64,000 nucleotides of DNA from a bacterium (lineage in GTDB: Bacteria > Ratteibacteria > UBA8468 > B48-G9 > DTJG01): assembly GCA_026418655.1 (NCBI GenBank), contig JAOAAW010000063.1:9835-73834 (forward strand), given 5' to 3'. Of the stretch, positions 26,172-36,460 are shown piece after piece (the stretch's first letter is position 1; each line of letters begins with the position of its first letter). The notes below the pieces were generated by a model. That model was not told the origin of the DNA and did not search any database. It saw only the letters and a list, made by a program, of their open reading frames with translations. A program made the translations under genes and the position numbers.

Positions 26172-27773
26172 ATGAAAAAGATTTATTATCTGTTTGATGA
26201 AAATTATCCTGTATCCTGTCTGGCAAAAACCGAACTTGAACAAATTTTTTTAAAGGATGGCAGGTTTTCTATCCAAAGTGGTACGGATGTTTTTTCAAAA
26301 AATTATGACGCAGTAATTATCTTTAAAAAAAATCCCTCTCCACAGGAAGAAAGAAAACTCGAGACATATATTGATGCCGGTGGAAATGTACTTTTTATAA
26401 GTAAGTCAATACAGTCAGACCTTGCAAAAAAATTGTGTAAAATCAGAGTGGGAAAAGAGACAGGAATTCAGCAATTTAATGTTTTTATTGAAAAGGTTGA
26501 CCATTATATAACCCAGAGATTTCCTTCAGAATTTCAACTGACAGATAATCTGATGGAAACAGATTGCTCAGAATTTGATGCTTTTTTTTCAACATTGATT
26601 GGCAGAAAAAAAATGCCAGTTGTTTTTACGAAAGATTATGGAAAAGGAAAGGTCTCTGGTATTCTTGCGGGCGATACCGCGCAAACCTGGAAGGATTTTA
26701 ATTTCAGGAAGATTGTTGTCAGAACAGTTGCATGGATGCTTGGAGAAAAACAAAAGGAAAAGATTATCAATTGTGGGTTGGTTGGCTACGGACCCATGTT
26801 TGGAATGGGAAAAGGCCATGGCAATGCAATCAATTCCACCCCTGGCATGAAAACCATTGCGGTCTGTGATACAAATCCTGAAAGGGTTGAGGCAGCAAAA
26901 CAGGAAATGCCTGGACTTGCTGGATATTTCACAAACCTTGAGGAAATGTTGAAATTGAAAGAGATGGACCTTATAGTGGGTATTGTTCCGCATGATGTTC
27001 ATTATGATGTTGTCATGAAAGGACTTGAACATGGAAAGCATGTCATTATTGAAAAACCTTTCTGTATTACTGTGGATGAAGCCAACAAAATGATTGAAGC
27101 AGCACAAAAGAAAAAACTGATGTTAAGTGTTTTTCATAATAGACGCTGGGATGGAGATTATGTTGTATTAAAAAATCTTATTGAATCAGGCCTAATCGGT
27201 GATATCTTCCATATCGAGTGTTTCATTGGCAATTATAAACATCCAGGATACTGGTGGCGTTCGGATAAAAAGACAAGTGGCGGTGTGATGCATGACTGGG
27301 GAGCACACTTCATTGACTGGATTTTGAACCTTGTCCCTTCTAAAATAATAAGCATTTATGGTGATTTCCAGAAAAGATTATGGTTTTCAGTGACAAACCA
27401 GGACCATGGACACGCAATAATAAAGTTTGAAAATGGAGTACTTGCTGATTTTATTATCTCTTCCATTGCTGCAATAAATAAACCAAAATGGAAAATTTTT
27501 GGAACAAAAGGAGCAATTGAAGTCAATTGGGAGTCAGCTGACAGAATAAACTATGTAAGTTTTGTTTCAGGTATCAGATGTGAGGGGTTTGTTAGGTCCC
27601 AGCAATCTACTGGCTGGGTTGAGTACTATAGAAATATTGCAGACCATCTTTTGATGGGTGAAGAACTTATCTGCAAACCAGAGCAATCTCGCAGAGTTAT
27701 AGGTATCATTGAAGCAGCAGAAAAAGCATCAAAAGAAAACAGAGTGATAGAGCCATTTGAGAATTGTGAATAA
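26172..27773 (+). CDS. ThuA-like domain fused to Gfo/Idh/MocA oxidoreductase
   Basis: N-terminal HYITQ..PVVFTKDYGKGKV..RTVAW; C-terminal VGYG, IEKPF, HNRRWDGD, DWGAHFID. Confidence 0.85.
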   Translation: MKKIYYLFDENYPVSCLAKTELEQIFLKDGRFSIQSGTDVFSKNYDAVIIFKKNPSPQEERKLETYIDAGGNVLFISKSIQSDLAKKLCKIRVGKETGIQQFNVFIEKVDHYITQRFPSEFQLTDNLMETDCSEFDAFFSTLIGRKKMPVVFTKDYGKGKVSGILAGDTAQTWKDFNFRKIVVRTVAWMLGEKQKEKIINCGLVGYGPMFGMGKGHGNAINSTPGMKTIAVCDTNPERVEAAKQEMPGLAGYFTNLEEMLKLKEMDLIVGIVPHDVHYDVVMKGLEHGKHVIIEKPFCITVDEANKMIEAAQKKKLMLSVFHNRRWDGDYVVLKNLIESGLIGDIFHIECFIGNYKHPGYWWRSDKKTSGGVMHDWGAHFIDWILNLVPSKIISIYGDFQKRLWFSVTNQDHGHAIIKFENGVLADFIISSIAAINKPKWKIFGTKGAIEVNWESADRINYVSFVSGIRCEGFVRSQQSTGWVEYYRNIADHLLMGEELICKPEQSRRVIGIIEAAEKASKENRVIEPFENCE

Positions 27774-27775
27774 AA

Positions 27776-29059
27776 ATGAATAAAAAAATAACTCTTGCTG
27801 GCGCTGCCGAAGTTGATATCACGCCACATGCTGGCACCCTGCTTGCCGGATCTTTGAAGCCAAGGGTTTCCATTGGCGTTGAAGATCCTTTGTATGTGAA
27901 AGCAATATCCATTGAATCTAATGGAGAAAAGCTTGTTTATGTCATCTTTGACCTTATTGCCCTTGACAGAGCAACTGCTGAAAAAGGGATAATGATGGCT
28001 TCAGAAGAAACAGGAATTCCTCCTGATTGTATTGTCTGGGCAGCAAGTCATACACATACAGGTCCTTATACAGGCGGGCTTTTTCTTGACGAAAATTTTC
28101 TTGATAGAAACTGGCTTGAAACAATACCAGAAAAAATGGCACAATGCATTATTAAAGCCGACAGGAGTAAAAAACCTGTCAGGTTTAGCAGATTGCGGAA
28201 CTTCCATTATGGTTTAGGACACAATAGAAGAATTCTATTTAAAGACGGCAGGGTAATCAATACCTGGCTTCTTACAAATGCGCCAGAACAAATACAATCA
28301 ATTGGAAGTGCAGGACCTGTGGACCCTGAAATCGGAATTTTTTGCTTTGATGATCTTGATGGAAATATCCTGGCTGTAATGTTTAATTTCGCCCTTCATA
28401 CCAATACCAATTTTGGTCCAAAATTCAGTGCAGATTATCCTGGAGTTGTTGCAGCACGATTGAGAGAGCGTTTTGGTCCAGAGGTAATTACTCTTTTTAT
28501 GCCTGGTGCATGTGGGGATATTAATTCAACTGGACCCAGATACAGAGAAGTCGGAAATGCACTCGCAGAAAAAATTATAGAATCAATTGAAAAAAGAAAA
28601 CCGCAGAATGATTTTCTTAAAATTGCCACAAAAAAATCAGAGCTCATTGTGCCCAGAAGAGATTTTACAGTGGACCAGACAGAAAGAATCAGAAATTCTG
28701 GCTGGAGTATCGAAAGTCAGCAGGTCTTTTTTGAGGAGTTAGAAGCATTAAAAAAAGATGGAAAAACCGAGGATTGTACAGTAATTCAGGCCTGGTGTAT
28801 TGGTGATACTGGTTTTGTTTCTTTCCCTGGTGAACTTTTCGTGGAATGGGGACTTAAAATAAAAAAGGAAAGTCCTTTTCCATTCACATACCCGGTTGAA
28901 GTTGGTGGAGATTATCTTGGGTATCTTATTACAGAAGAAGCATGGAAGCAGGTCGGTTATGAGGCATTGATTGCAAGAAGCGCAAGACCTTCTCCACAGG
29001 GCGTTAAACTTATGTATGAAAAAGCGATGGAAATGTTAAACCAGATTTATAATAATTGA
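27776..29059 (+). CDS. Neutral/alkaline ceramidase-like amidohydrolase
   Basis: VDITP, DPLY, ASHTHTGP, HNRR, GPVDPE, SADYPG, GACGDIN, PGELF. Confidence 0.82.
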   Translation: MNKKITLAGAAEVDITPHAGTLLAGSLKPRVSIGVEDPLYVKAISIESNGEKLVYVIFDLIALDRATAEKGIMMASEETGIPPDCIVWAASHTHTGPYTGGLFLDENFLDRNWLETIPEKMAQCIIKADRSKKPVRFSRLRNFHYGLGHNRRILFKDGRVINTWLLTNAPEQIQSIGSAGPVDPEIGIFCFDDLDGNILAVMFNFALHTNTNFGPKFSADYPGVVAARLRERFGPEVITLFMPGACGDINSTGPRYREVGNALAEKIIESIEKRKPQNDFLKIATKKSELIVPRRDFTVDQTERIRNSGWSIESQQVFFEELEALKKDGKTEDCTVIQAWCIGDTGFVSFPGELFVEWGLKIKKESPFPFTYPVEVGGDYLGYLITEEAWKQVGYEALIARSARPSPQGVKLMYEKAMEMLNQIYNN

Positions 29060-30141
29060 TGGAGGATACAGTGAAAAAATTAAAAATCGGCATTGTTGGA
29101 TTATCAAGAGGAAGGGGCTTTGTCAATGTTTTTTCAGCCCATCCAGATGTTGAAGTAAGCGCAATCTGTGATATTGATATTCAGAAACTCTCTGAAGTTG
29201 GCGATGCTTTTGGCTTGCCTGATAAGGCAAGGTTCACAAACTTTGATGATTTTTTGAACGCAGAGATCGACATTGTCATGATAGCCACTCCCATTCCTTT
29301 TCACACAGAACAATCAGTCAAGTCCCTTGAAGCAGGAAAACATGTTCTGTGTGAGCAAACAGGTGCCTACACTGTTGAAGAATGTGAAAAGGTGGTCCAG
29401 GCAGTGAAAAAAACAAAGAAAAAGTATATGATGGCTGAAAACTACTGTTATTTCCATTATATTCAGGAGTGGAAAAAAATTATTCAATCAGGAAAGATAG
29501 GAGAAATTCTTTATGCTGAAGGAGAGTATATTCATAATATCGTGCATTTACTTGTGGATGAAAAAACCGGAAAATTCTTCTGGCGTCATGAAAGGCCCCC
29601 AATATGGTATTGCGCACATACCCTTGGACCACTTTTGATGCTTATGAATGATAGAATTGTGAAGGCATGCGGCCTGACAACCGGTTTTAGAATGTATCCA
29701 CAGTATAGCCAGCATCCTGGTTTTCTTGATTTTGAAGTCGGACTTTTTCAAACAGAAAAAGGTTCTGTTGTGAAGATACTTAGAAGCCAGGTTCCAGCAT
29801 GCCCCCATTTTGTATGGTACTGTCTATATGGTACAAAAGGGCATTTAGAAAATCGTCGTGTTAAAGGTGAGGGATTTATTTATATTGAAGGTAAAAGTGC
29901 TGCTGATGGCGAAGTTTTCACCAGTGCCATAGTAGACCCGAATGCACCTGAAGAAGCAAGGAAAGGTGGTCATGGAACATCAGAATATTATATGATACGG
30001 GACTTTCTTCAAGCAATTAAAAATGACACTGAACCCCCTATCAATGTATTTCGTGCAACCGAATGGACAATTCCAGGAATAATTGCCCACCAGTCTGCAA
30101 TGAAAGGTGGCAAATGGCTTGATGTACCGATTCTATCCTGA
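29056..30141 (+). CDS. Gfo/Idh/MocA oxidoreductase
   Basis: IGIVGL.RG, GKHVLCE, MMAENYCY, YAEGEYIH, GGHG. Confidence 0.92.
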   Translation: MMEDTVKKLKIGIVGLSRGRGFVNVFSAHPDVEVSAICDIDIQKLSEVGDAFGLPDKARFTNFDDFLNAEIDIVMIATPIPFHTEQSVKSLEAGKHVLCEQTGAYTVEECEKVVQAVKKTKKKYMMAENYCYFHYIQEWKKIIQSGKIGEILYAEGEYIHNIVHLLVDEKTGKFFWRHERPPIWYCAHTLGPLLMLMNDRIVKACGLTTGFRMYPQYSQHPGFLDFEVGLFQTEKGSVVKILRSQVPACPHFVWYCLYGTKGHLENRRVKGEGFIYIEGKSAADGEVFTSAIVDPNAPEEARKGGHGTSEYYMIRDFLQAIKNDTEPPINVFRATEWTIPGIIAHQSAMKGGKWLDVPILS

Positions 30142-30172
30142 TATCAAACACACACAAAAAAAGGAGAAAGTG

Positions 30173-32455
30173 ATGCAACAAGAGATTATTTTGAAGAACC
30201 GTATTCACAGGAAGATTAAAAATAAGCCCATCACATTTGGCGTGTGCTGGCCTGAAGGAATAATGATGGATGAAAACAAAATAGCACTTTTTGATGAGAA
30301 AGAAAACCAGATTCCTGCCGGAGTGAGAGTACTCAATAGATGGCATGATGGAAGTATTCAATGGAATCTTCTTGATTTTAATGTGGATATTGATGAATCG
30401 TCAACTCGGCAATTGACAGTAAGGGTGGGGGAAAACAAATCTGACTTAAAACCAGAAAATCCCATAAGAATTGAAAGAGAAGGAAAAGATGTGATTGTGA
30501 ACAATGGTATGGTTGAACTGGCTCTGTCCACTGAAAAAGGACATCTGGTCAAAAAATGGAAAGTTGATAAAAAAGAAATATTGCAATCCAATGGTTTTGA
30601 TATCACATTCAAGGATGAAAAAGGAAACAAGTTTTCAGCAAGTCAGGGCAGCAGAACCATTGAAATAGAGCACTCAAATCCTTTAAGGTGTGTTATAAGA
30701 ATAGATGGAAAACACGGTTCTGGGAGAAAAGAAATGCTGGATTATTTTTTGAGGTTTGAAATTTTTGCTGACAGGAAAGATATAAAAATCACCTATTGTT
30801 TCAGAAACAGAGAATTACCAACCCCTGGAATTAAAATAAAATCCCTTTATGCTGTATGCAGGTTTGCGATAGAAAAAGGGAAAAAGTGTTTTGCAGCCAA
30901 AAATCTTACTCGTTACTACAAGCCTGGTTTTCTCAGGGTAAATGAAGATGTCTGCATTGTTGCATCTGATACACCAGAACTGGATGACTTTGAAAATAAA
31001 CACACAAAAAATGCACATGGGTTTGTTTTTGTGAAAAATGAAAAGGTCTTACATGATCCTGAAGAGGAAAAACCGTGGTTTATGAGAAATGTAAAATATA
31101 GAACAACTGTTGGACATCTTCTTGTTTTTCCCTATCTTGCATTGATCGGTAAGGATAAGGGTATTATTGCACACATAAGCCAGATGAATACCCTTTATCC
31201 CAAAGAGATAAAAACCAGAAACAATACTTTTTATTTTGGTTTGTGGCCCGATTGGGCAAAAAATCTTTTTATCACGCAGGGAGCAGGCAGGTCTCATACA
31301 ATTGTTATAACATCAGTTGAACCAGATATTTCTGATATGGAGATTCAGGATAACTATTTTCACTGGGAAGTCCCGATGATGCCAGGCTGGCCACCTCAAA
31401 ATCCAGTGGAAATCATTTGTGATATACAGCATGTGAGAAATAGCAGGGTGTTTGGCATAGATATGCTTCCTGAATATGACATGAAAAACCGACCACTTTT
31501 TGAGAAAAAGGTACTTGATTCCTGGATAGGTGTTTCTTATGGCACTCTTGGCTGGACAGAAGAAATAATTCCAATGCCACCAATTGGATTCTGGGACTAC
31601 GGAGATAATGGTGCAAACAATGAAGAGATGTTTGGGCATGTCTACTTTCAAAACTATTTTAGAACTGGCAACTGGACATGCGCTGAAAATGGTATTGCAA
31701 TCGCACGACACATTTTAGAAGTGGATTTCGTCGATTTCAGCATTGACAAACTCCAAAATGGGGGAATGGTAGCGCATTGTCTTAATCACAATGATGGTGC
31801 TGTATATCCTTCACATATGTGGTTTACTGAATTGTTGTTCGCATATGTACTAACCGGAGATAATGAATTCAAGAAGGCTGCAATGAAAATATGTGAAAAT
31901 CTACTTTTGTGGGTTAATGAATATTTCTGGGTAATTTCAGCAGACCACAGAGAATCAGGTCAACCCATGATAAACCTTACCTGGTGTTATCAGTTCAACA
32001 GAGACCCCAGATACTTAAAGGCATGTGAGAAAATCATTAAAGAAAATCTCATGCAACAGGTAAAACAACATGGAAAGATGCTTGTGGTAAAACCCCATTC
32101 AATGCCGATGAAACTTGTCAGATATGGTGATTATGCTACATGGGAAGGAATGTTCTGGTACTGGACAATAACAAAAGACCAGGAAGTTAAAAATTTTATG
32201 TTGAGTCAACTGGAGTGGCGACTATCAACAGAGTTTATGACACCATTTGCCTATCACAGGGTCAGTGATATCAATCCTGCTGCATATGCCTATTATATGA
32301 GTGGGGATAGAAGCTGGTTTGACAGGATTGAAAAATTCATCAGGGCTGCTTTCAGATGTGCACGCTGGCCTCTTGGCTGGATACATTCAATGTACGCCCT
32401 GAAAATTGCCTTTGATCTCGGTATTATCAGAGACGATGATATAACTCCGCAATAG
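30173..32455 (+). CDS. Hypothetical protein resembling YetA/exo-rhamnogalacturonan lyase (RIFT barrel plus alpha/alpha toroid)
   Basis: PITFGVCWPEG..LFDE..RWHDGSIQW N-domain, GFWDYGD; SD AGGAG before start. Confidence 0.6.
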   Translation: MQQEIILKNRIHRKIKNKPITFGVCWPEGIMMDENKIALFDEKENQIPAGVRVLNRWHDGSIQWNLLDFNVDIDESSTRQLTVRVGENKSDLKPENPIRIEREGKDVIVNNGMVELALSTEKGHLVKKWKVDKKEILQSNGFDITFKDEKGNKFSASQGSRTIEIEHSNPLRCVIRIDGKHGSGRKEMLDYFLRFEIFADRKDIKITYCFRNRELPTPGIKIKSLYAVCRFAIEKGKKCFAAKNLTRYYKPGFLRVNEDVCIVASDTPELDDFENKHTKNAHGFVFVKNEKVLHDPEEEKPWFMRNVKYRTTVGHLLVFPYLALIGKDKGIIAHISQMNTLYPKEIKTRNNTFYFGLWPDWAKNLFITQGAGRSHTIVITSVEPDISDMEIQDNYFHWEVPMMPGWPPQNPVEIICDIQHVRNSRVFGIDMLPEYDMKNRPLFEKKVLDSWIGVSYGTLGWTEEIIPMPPIGFWDYGDNGANNEEMFGHVYFQNYFRTGNWTCAENGIAIARHILEVDFVDFSIDKLQNGGMVAHCLNHNDGAVYPSHMWFTELLFAYVLTGDNEFKKAAMKICENLLLWVNEYFWVISADHRESGQPMINLTWCYQFNRDPRYLKACEKIIKENLMQQVKQHGKMLVVKPHSMPMKLVRYGDYATWEGMFWYWTITKDQEVKNFMLSQLEWRLSTEFMTPFAYHRVSDINPAAYAYYMSGDRSWFDRIEKFIRAAFRCARWPLGWIHSMYALKIAFDLGIIRDDDITPQ

Positions 32456-32457
32456 GT

Positions 32458-34458
32458 TCAATCTTTATACCAGAGATTTTGAAATTTTGCATTGGTTGCA
32501 TCTTTGAGCATATTGATAACATGAATGAGTCCCCTTCTATCTGATGTTGAACCAAGAATATGTCTGTAAAGTATTCCCCGCCATACTTTGTAAATAGAAA
32601 GCAATGGATGGTTAAAGAGTTTCTGAATTTTATCATCAACCCTTGCATGCTGCGAAAGGAGCAAAAAGCAATCATCTATACTGTTGTTTTTCAGAGAATT
32701 TTCAATCTTTTTTTCAATTTCTCTTGTCTGCCAGAAAAGATAGCCAAATTCAAGCAGAACTTCCTGATTTCTTATTCTCTTTCTTATTTTGGTTGCATCA
32801 GCCATTTGATATGCCTGTTCTAATTTTTCTTTACATTTCTGATAAGTTCTTTCATCAAAGATTTGAAGGATTTCTGGAATTCCCATGCCAAACCTTACAT
32901 TTCTTGCTGAGTTTTCAAGTATGTCATAAAACTCAACCATTGGCTTTGCTGCTTTTCCATAAAGGGCAAGACAATACTCGGCCGCTAGATTTTCCCATGT
33001 CTCATTCTCATCCCACATCGCAAGAGCTGTGATATAAAGTGAAATTCCATAAGATGTCCATATCACAGGAGAGTTAAACCACTGGCTTCCATATCCATCG
33101 AATCCTTGTTTTTTGAGGAATTTTATTGTTCTCATAGCACCCTTGCTTACAGGAAAAAGCATCCCCATAGATCCAAGTGTACTTGTGAGATAATCATAAT
33201 AGTATAAAGGCCCTTTGATGTGTTTTCTCCACTTTGCAAAAATTTCAGGGTAGATTGTATACTTTATTGCATCTTTTTCATAGCTTGAAATCGTTGTCTC
33301 GGCAAGTGTTTTTTGTAATTCTTCATCAGAAGGAGGATCATCCAGAGCCCTGTCCCATTTTCTTTCGTAGATACAGAATATGACCCCAAGATTTTCAGGC
33401 AACTCCTCATTAAAATCATCTGGCAACTCAGTATGGCCTGCATAACTTCCAACCTCAATTATGACATCAGGAAACTGTGCTGCAATTACTCTTGCAATAT
33501 CAGCAGTAAATAGGACATAGTTTTTTGTGTACTGAAGTTGTTTTGTGGTTTTCCCCTGCCATGGTTCTTCAACCTTTCTGCAGTTATCACAAAAGCAAGG
33601 CGGCTGGCCATCATTAGGAAAAAAGCCAAATCTTTTCACATCAGGATATTTTTTGAAAAAATTCAAAAAGTAATCAATGAATATTTTTTTCACTTCAGGA
33701 TGTGTCCAGCATATACCAAAAGAATCTCTGCCATTATTCATTCTGTGAAGGGCATCTGGCTTCTGTTGTGGATTATATGCAAAAAACTCTGGGTGCTGGT
33801 CAAAGTATTTGCTTGGTGGCATAATGGATTCACAGGCATGCGCCCACATGCTCAACCCTGGTTCTCCGCGTATTTCAACCGCCTGCTTTATCCAGGACTT
33901 TGCCACTTCTTCTGAAAGCAATTCTTTTTCTCCCTGAAATTCCGGTGTCTTTCCTTTTTCTGGTTGTGGAGAATTGCTCATACCAACCTTTGCACACCAA
34001 TCAAGCATTTTCATGTCTCCACCACCAAGCATATATCTTGTTTTCATAAATGGCTCGTGGTAATAGGGCTCCTGTGAAATTTCAATCGTTTCTTTTTGTG
34101 GAATGTATTCTATTTCTGGCTGAGCGAAGATACACCCGAGTTCTCTATGCAAAAAATCGTATATTCCAAGGAGAACTCCCCTTTTATCACCACCTATAAA
34201 AAATACTCTTTCTTTGTCAGTTATCCGCAAAATTGACTCTGGAACCATGTTTTTTACCTCTGCAAAATCTGTGCGATTTTTTTCAACTATACATATTGCT
34301 GGACCTTTTTCAGGAATTTTGCGCATTATCTCCATCCTTGCGCCAGAGATTTTTTTTATATACTTTTGAAGTTCCTTTGCAGCATGAATTTCAACAGAGA
34401 AAGCATCTTCCGGGATGTGAATATTGCAAAGAGCCAAACTATTTTCCACTATTTTCAT
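32458..34458 (-). CDS. DUF4838 domain protein (GH-like)
   Basis: AAKELQKYIKKISG, RGVLLGIYDFL, YFDQHPEFFA, ICWTHPEV, PNDG..CFC..C. Confidence 0.75.
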   Translation of the reverse strand: MKIVENSLALCNIHIPEDAFSVEIHAAKELQKYIKKISGARMEIMRKIPEKGPAICIVEKNRTDFAEVKNMVPESILRITDKERVFFIGGDKRGVLLGIYDFLHRELGCIFAQPEIEYIPQKETIEISQEPYYHEPFMKTRYMLGGGDMKMLDWCAKVGMSNSPQPEKGKTPEFQGEKELLSEEVAKSWIKQAVEIRGEPGLSMWAHACESIMPPSKYFDQHPEFFAYNPQQKPDALHRMNNGRDSFGICWTHPEVKKIFIDYFLNFFKKYPDVKRFGFFPNDGQPPCFCDNCRKVEEPWQGKTTKQLQYTKNYVLFTADIARVIAAQFPDVIIEVGSYAGHTELPDDFNEELPENLGVIFCIYERKWDRALDDPPSDEELQKTLAETTISSYEKDAIKYTIYPEIFAKWRKHIKGPLYYYDYLTSTLGSMGMLFPVSKGAMRTIKFLKKQGFDGYGSQWFNSPVIWTSYGISLYITALAMWDENETWENLAAEYCLALYGKAAKPMVEFYDILENSARNVRFGMGIPEILQIFDERTYQKCKEKLEQAYQMADATKIRKRIRNQEVLLEFGYLFWQTREIEKKIENSLKNNSIDDCFLLLSQHARVDDKIQKLFNHPLLSIYKVWRGILYRHILGSTSDRRGLIHVINMLKDATNAKFQNLWYKD

Positions 34459-35542
34459 TTTTTTCCCTTTGTTTTAATAGACAGGCAAGATAGCCATCAT
34501 TTGCATCAAGCATCAGCTTGAAAAAAACCTGTTGAAATTTGTTTCCCTTTTTTTCAAAAGGTCTTTTCACCTTTCCCATGAGAAAACTTAAAACCTGGAC
34601 ATTTTTAGCGCCGGCATCCAGGTATTCAATAATGTGGGTTCCCCTGTATATACCACCGGTTCCTGATATTTCTACATCAGGAAAACATTGATGAGCATTT
34701 TTTATCTGTATCAGATTACGCTGTTTGAGCTCCTTTCCGCCATGTGCGCAGCCGAACTCTTTTTTGTAAACCCTGTTGGCAATAACAACACCATCTGCGC
34801 TACCTTCAATACTTGCTTCAACCATTTTCAGCTGAAATTCCACTCCATAGTCAAGATTCAAAATCTTTGGAAAAACAAAAATATCCCTGAAGACCCTTTT
34901 CATAATTCCAGGGATACTTTTGTACCACATCAGAATAGTTTTCTGGTTCATCAGTTCATCATGCTCTTTTAAAAAAGGACAGAAATCAATCTCAAAAATC
35001 CTGTAACCAGCATCATACAATCTTTTTGTAGTGTAAATCCATTCATCTTCAATAAAATCCTCACCATAAGAAGGAAGATGCCCGAGAAGTGAAGCAATAA
35101 TTGGAAAATCAAGTGAGTTTAACCTTATTGCCTGTGATGCAAATTCAAGATATTCTTCAAGGTTTCTTGTATCAAGACCACCATCCCAGTGAATTATAGG
35201 AAACTCTCCATTTTCATCATAATCATCATAAACTGTTTCAACCCTTGTTGGTCTTTTTCTCAATTTAATCATTGAGCAATTACCTTTATCATCTTCAGCC
35301 ACCACAGATTTCAGCACACAACCTGAAAAACCTGCCTGTTTTATCATTTGAATTTGCTTTAAGGATACTGTCATCTGACCTGGTGCAACAAGAACAGGAT
35401 TTTTCAACTTCAAAGGTCCGTAGCGCGCATGGATGTCGAGATTCAATTCATCCCTAACAATCTGTGAGAAATTCTCAGGAATATCATAATGAAGGAAATA
35501 ATGACTTAATTCTTCCAGTTTCCTAAATGCATTCATACACAA
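34439..35542 (-). CDS. Divergent dihydroorotate/dihydropyrimidine dehydrogenase-like FMN protein
   Basis: LKLKNPVLVAPG, VLKSV, EIDFCP, VVIANR, ISGTGGI, GAKNVQV. Confidence 0.72.
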   Translation of the reverse strand: MCMNAFRKLEELSHYFLHYDIPENFSQIVRDELNLDIHARYGPLKLKNPVLVAPGQMTVSLKQIQMIKQAGFSGCVLKSVVAEDDKGNCSMIKLRKRPTRVETVYDDYDENGEFPIIHWDGGLDTRNLEEYLEFASQAIRLNSLDFPIIASLLGHLPSYGEDFIEDEWIYTTKRLYDAGYRIFEIDFCPFLKEHDELMNQKTILMWYKSIPGIMKRVFRDIFVFPKILNLDYGVEFQLKMVEASIEGSADGVVIANRVYKKEFGCAHGGKELKQRNLIQIKNAHQCFPDVEISGTGGIYRGTHIIEYLDAGAKNVQVLSFLMGKVKRPFEKKGNKFQQVFFKLMLDANDGYLACLLKQREKNENSGK

Positions 35543-36441
35543 ATCCGTTTCAGGATTTCGTCCAGAACCTCTATTTCCTTTATTTCAAGTTGTTGAAGGG
35601 GTGGTTGCACATAGGCATGTGTGAATATTTTCTGCTTAACAAGAATATGCTTCATTCTTATTCTATAATCTCTCACAGGACTTGAGAAACAAAAATCGCA
35701 AATTTTTTCAAGAGGGCTAAATTTTTCAATTGCTTCAGTATATTTCCCTGCAAGTGCCATATTTATTGCATCAGCCTGAATATCAGTAAAAACAGAGCCA
35801 AACCCTATCAAAGCGCCATGAGCACCAAGTATGAATGATTCCATAATGAAATTGTCATTGCCGGTAAGAAGTGAAATTTTCTTTGGAAGATTATCAAGCA
35901 AAATTTTCATTTTTCTGAATTTTAAGGCATCAAAAGTTGCTTCTTTTATTGCAACCACATTATCAATCTGAACAAGTTCTGAAATAGTTTCATCTGTATA
36001 AAAAACACCTCCAAGGTCTTCCTGAAGCTGAAACAAAATAAGTGGTACACCCGCTTTTGATAAAATCTGATGATATTCAATAACTGCCTTATCCTTTCCT
36101 TTTGAACCCCTGAAGGCAAAATGAGGGAAAACAAGAAAATAGTCAGCACCACAATCTCTATATCTTTTTGCAAATTCTGATGCCTGATAGGTTGTTGCAC
36201 CACCAAGTCCACAGACAACAGGAATATTTTTTGCAATTTTTTTTGCAATACTAAGAATTTTTTCCCTTTCTTCCTGAGGTAAAAATGCTCCTTCACCTGC
36301 ATCTGTATTTACTGCAAGTGCTGCAATTTTCGCTGAACATACAAGTTCAATGTATCTGGCAAGAACATCCTGTTGAAGTTTAAAATTTTCATCAAACGGC
36401 ATCACAATCGCTGGAATGAGCCCGTGCAATTTCCTATCCAT
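35533..36441 (-). CDS. Dihydrodipicolinate synthase/NAL family aldolase-dehydratase
   Basis: GLIPAIVMPF, NTDAGE, VVAIKEA (Schiff-base Lys), LTGND. Confidence 0.88.
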   Translation of the reverse strand: MDRKLHGLIPAIVMPFDENFKLQQDVLARYIELVCSAKIAALAVNTDAGEGAFLPQEEREKILSIAKKIAKNIPVVCGLGGATTYQASEFAKRYRDCGADYFLVFPHFAFRGSKGKDKAVIEYHQILSKAGVPLILFQLQEDLGGVFYTDETISELVQIDNVVAIKEATFDALKFRKMKILLDNLPKKISLLTGNDNFIMESFILGAHGALIGFGSVFTDIQADAINMALAGKYTEAIEKFSPLEKICDFCFSSPVRDYRIRMKHILVKQKIFTHAYVQPPLQQLEIKEIEVLDEILKRICV

Positions 36442-36460
36442 AATCCTCCTTCTTTCACTT

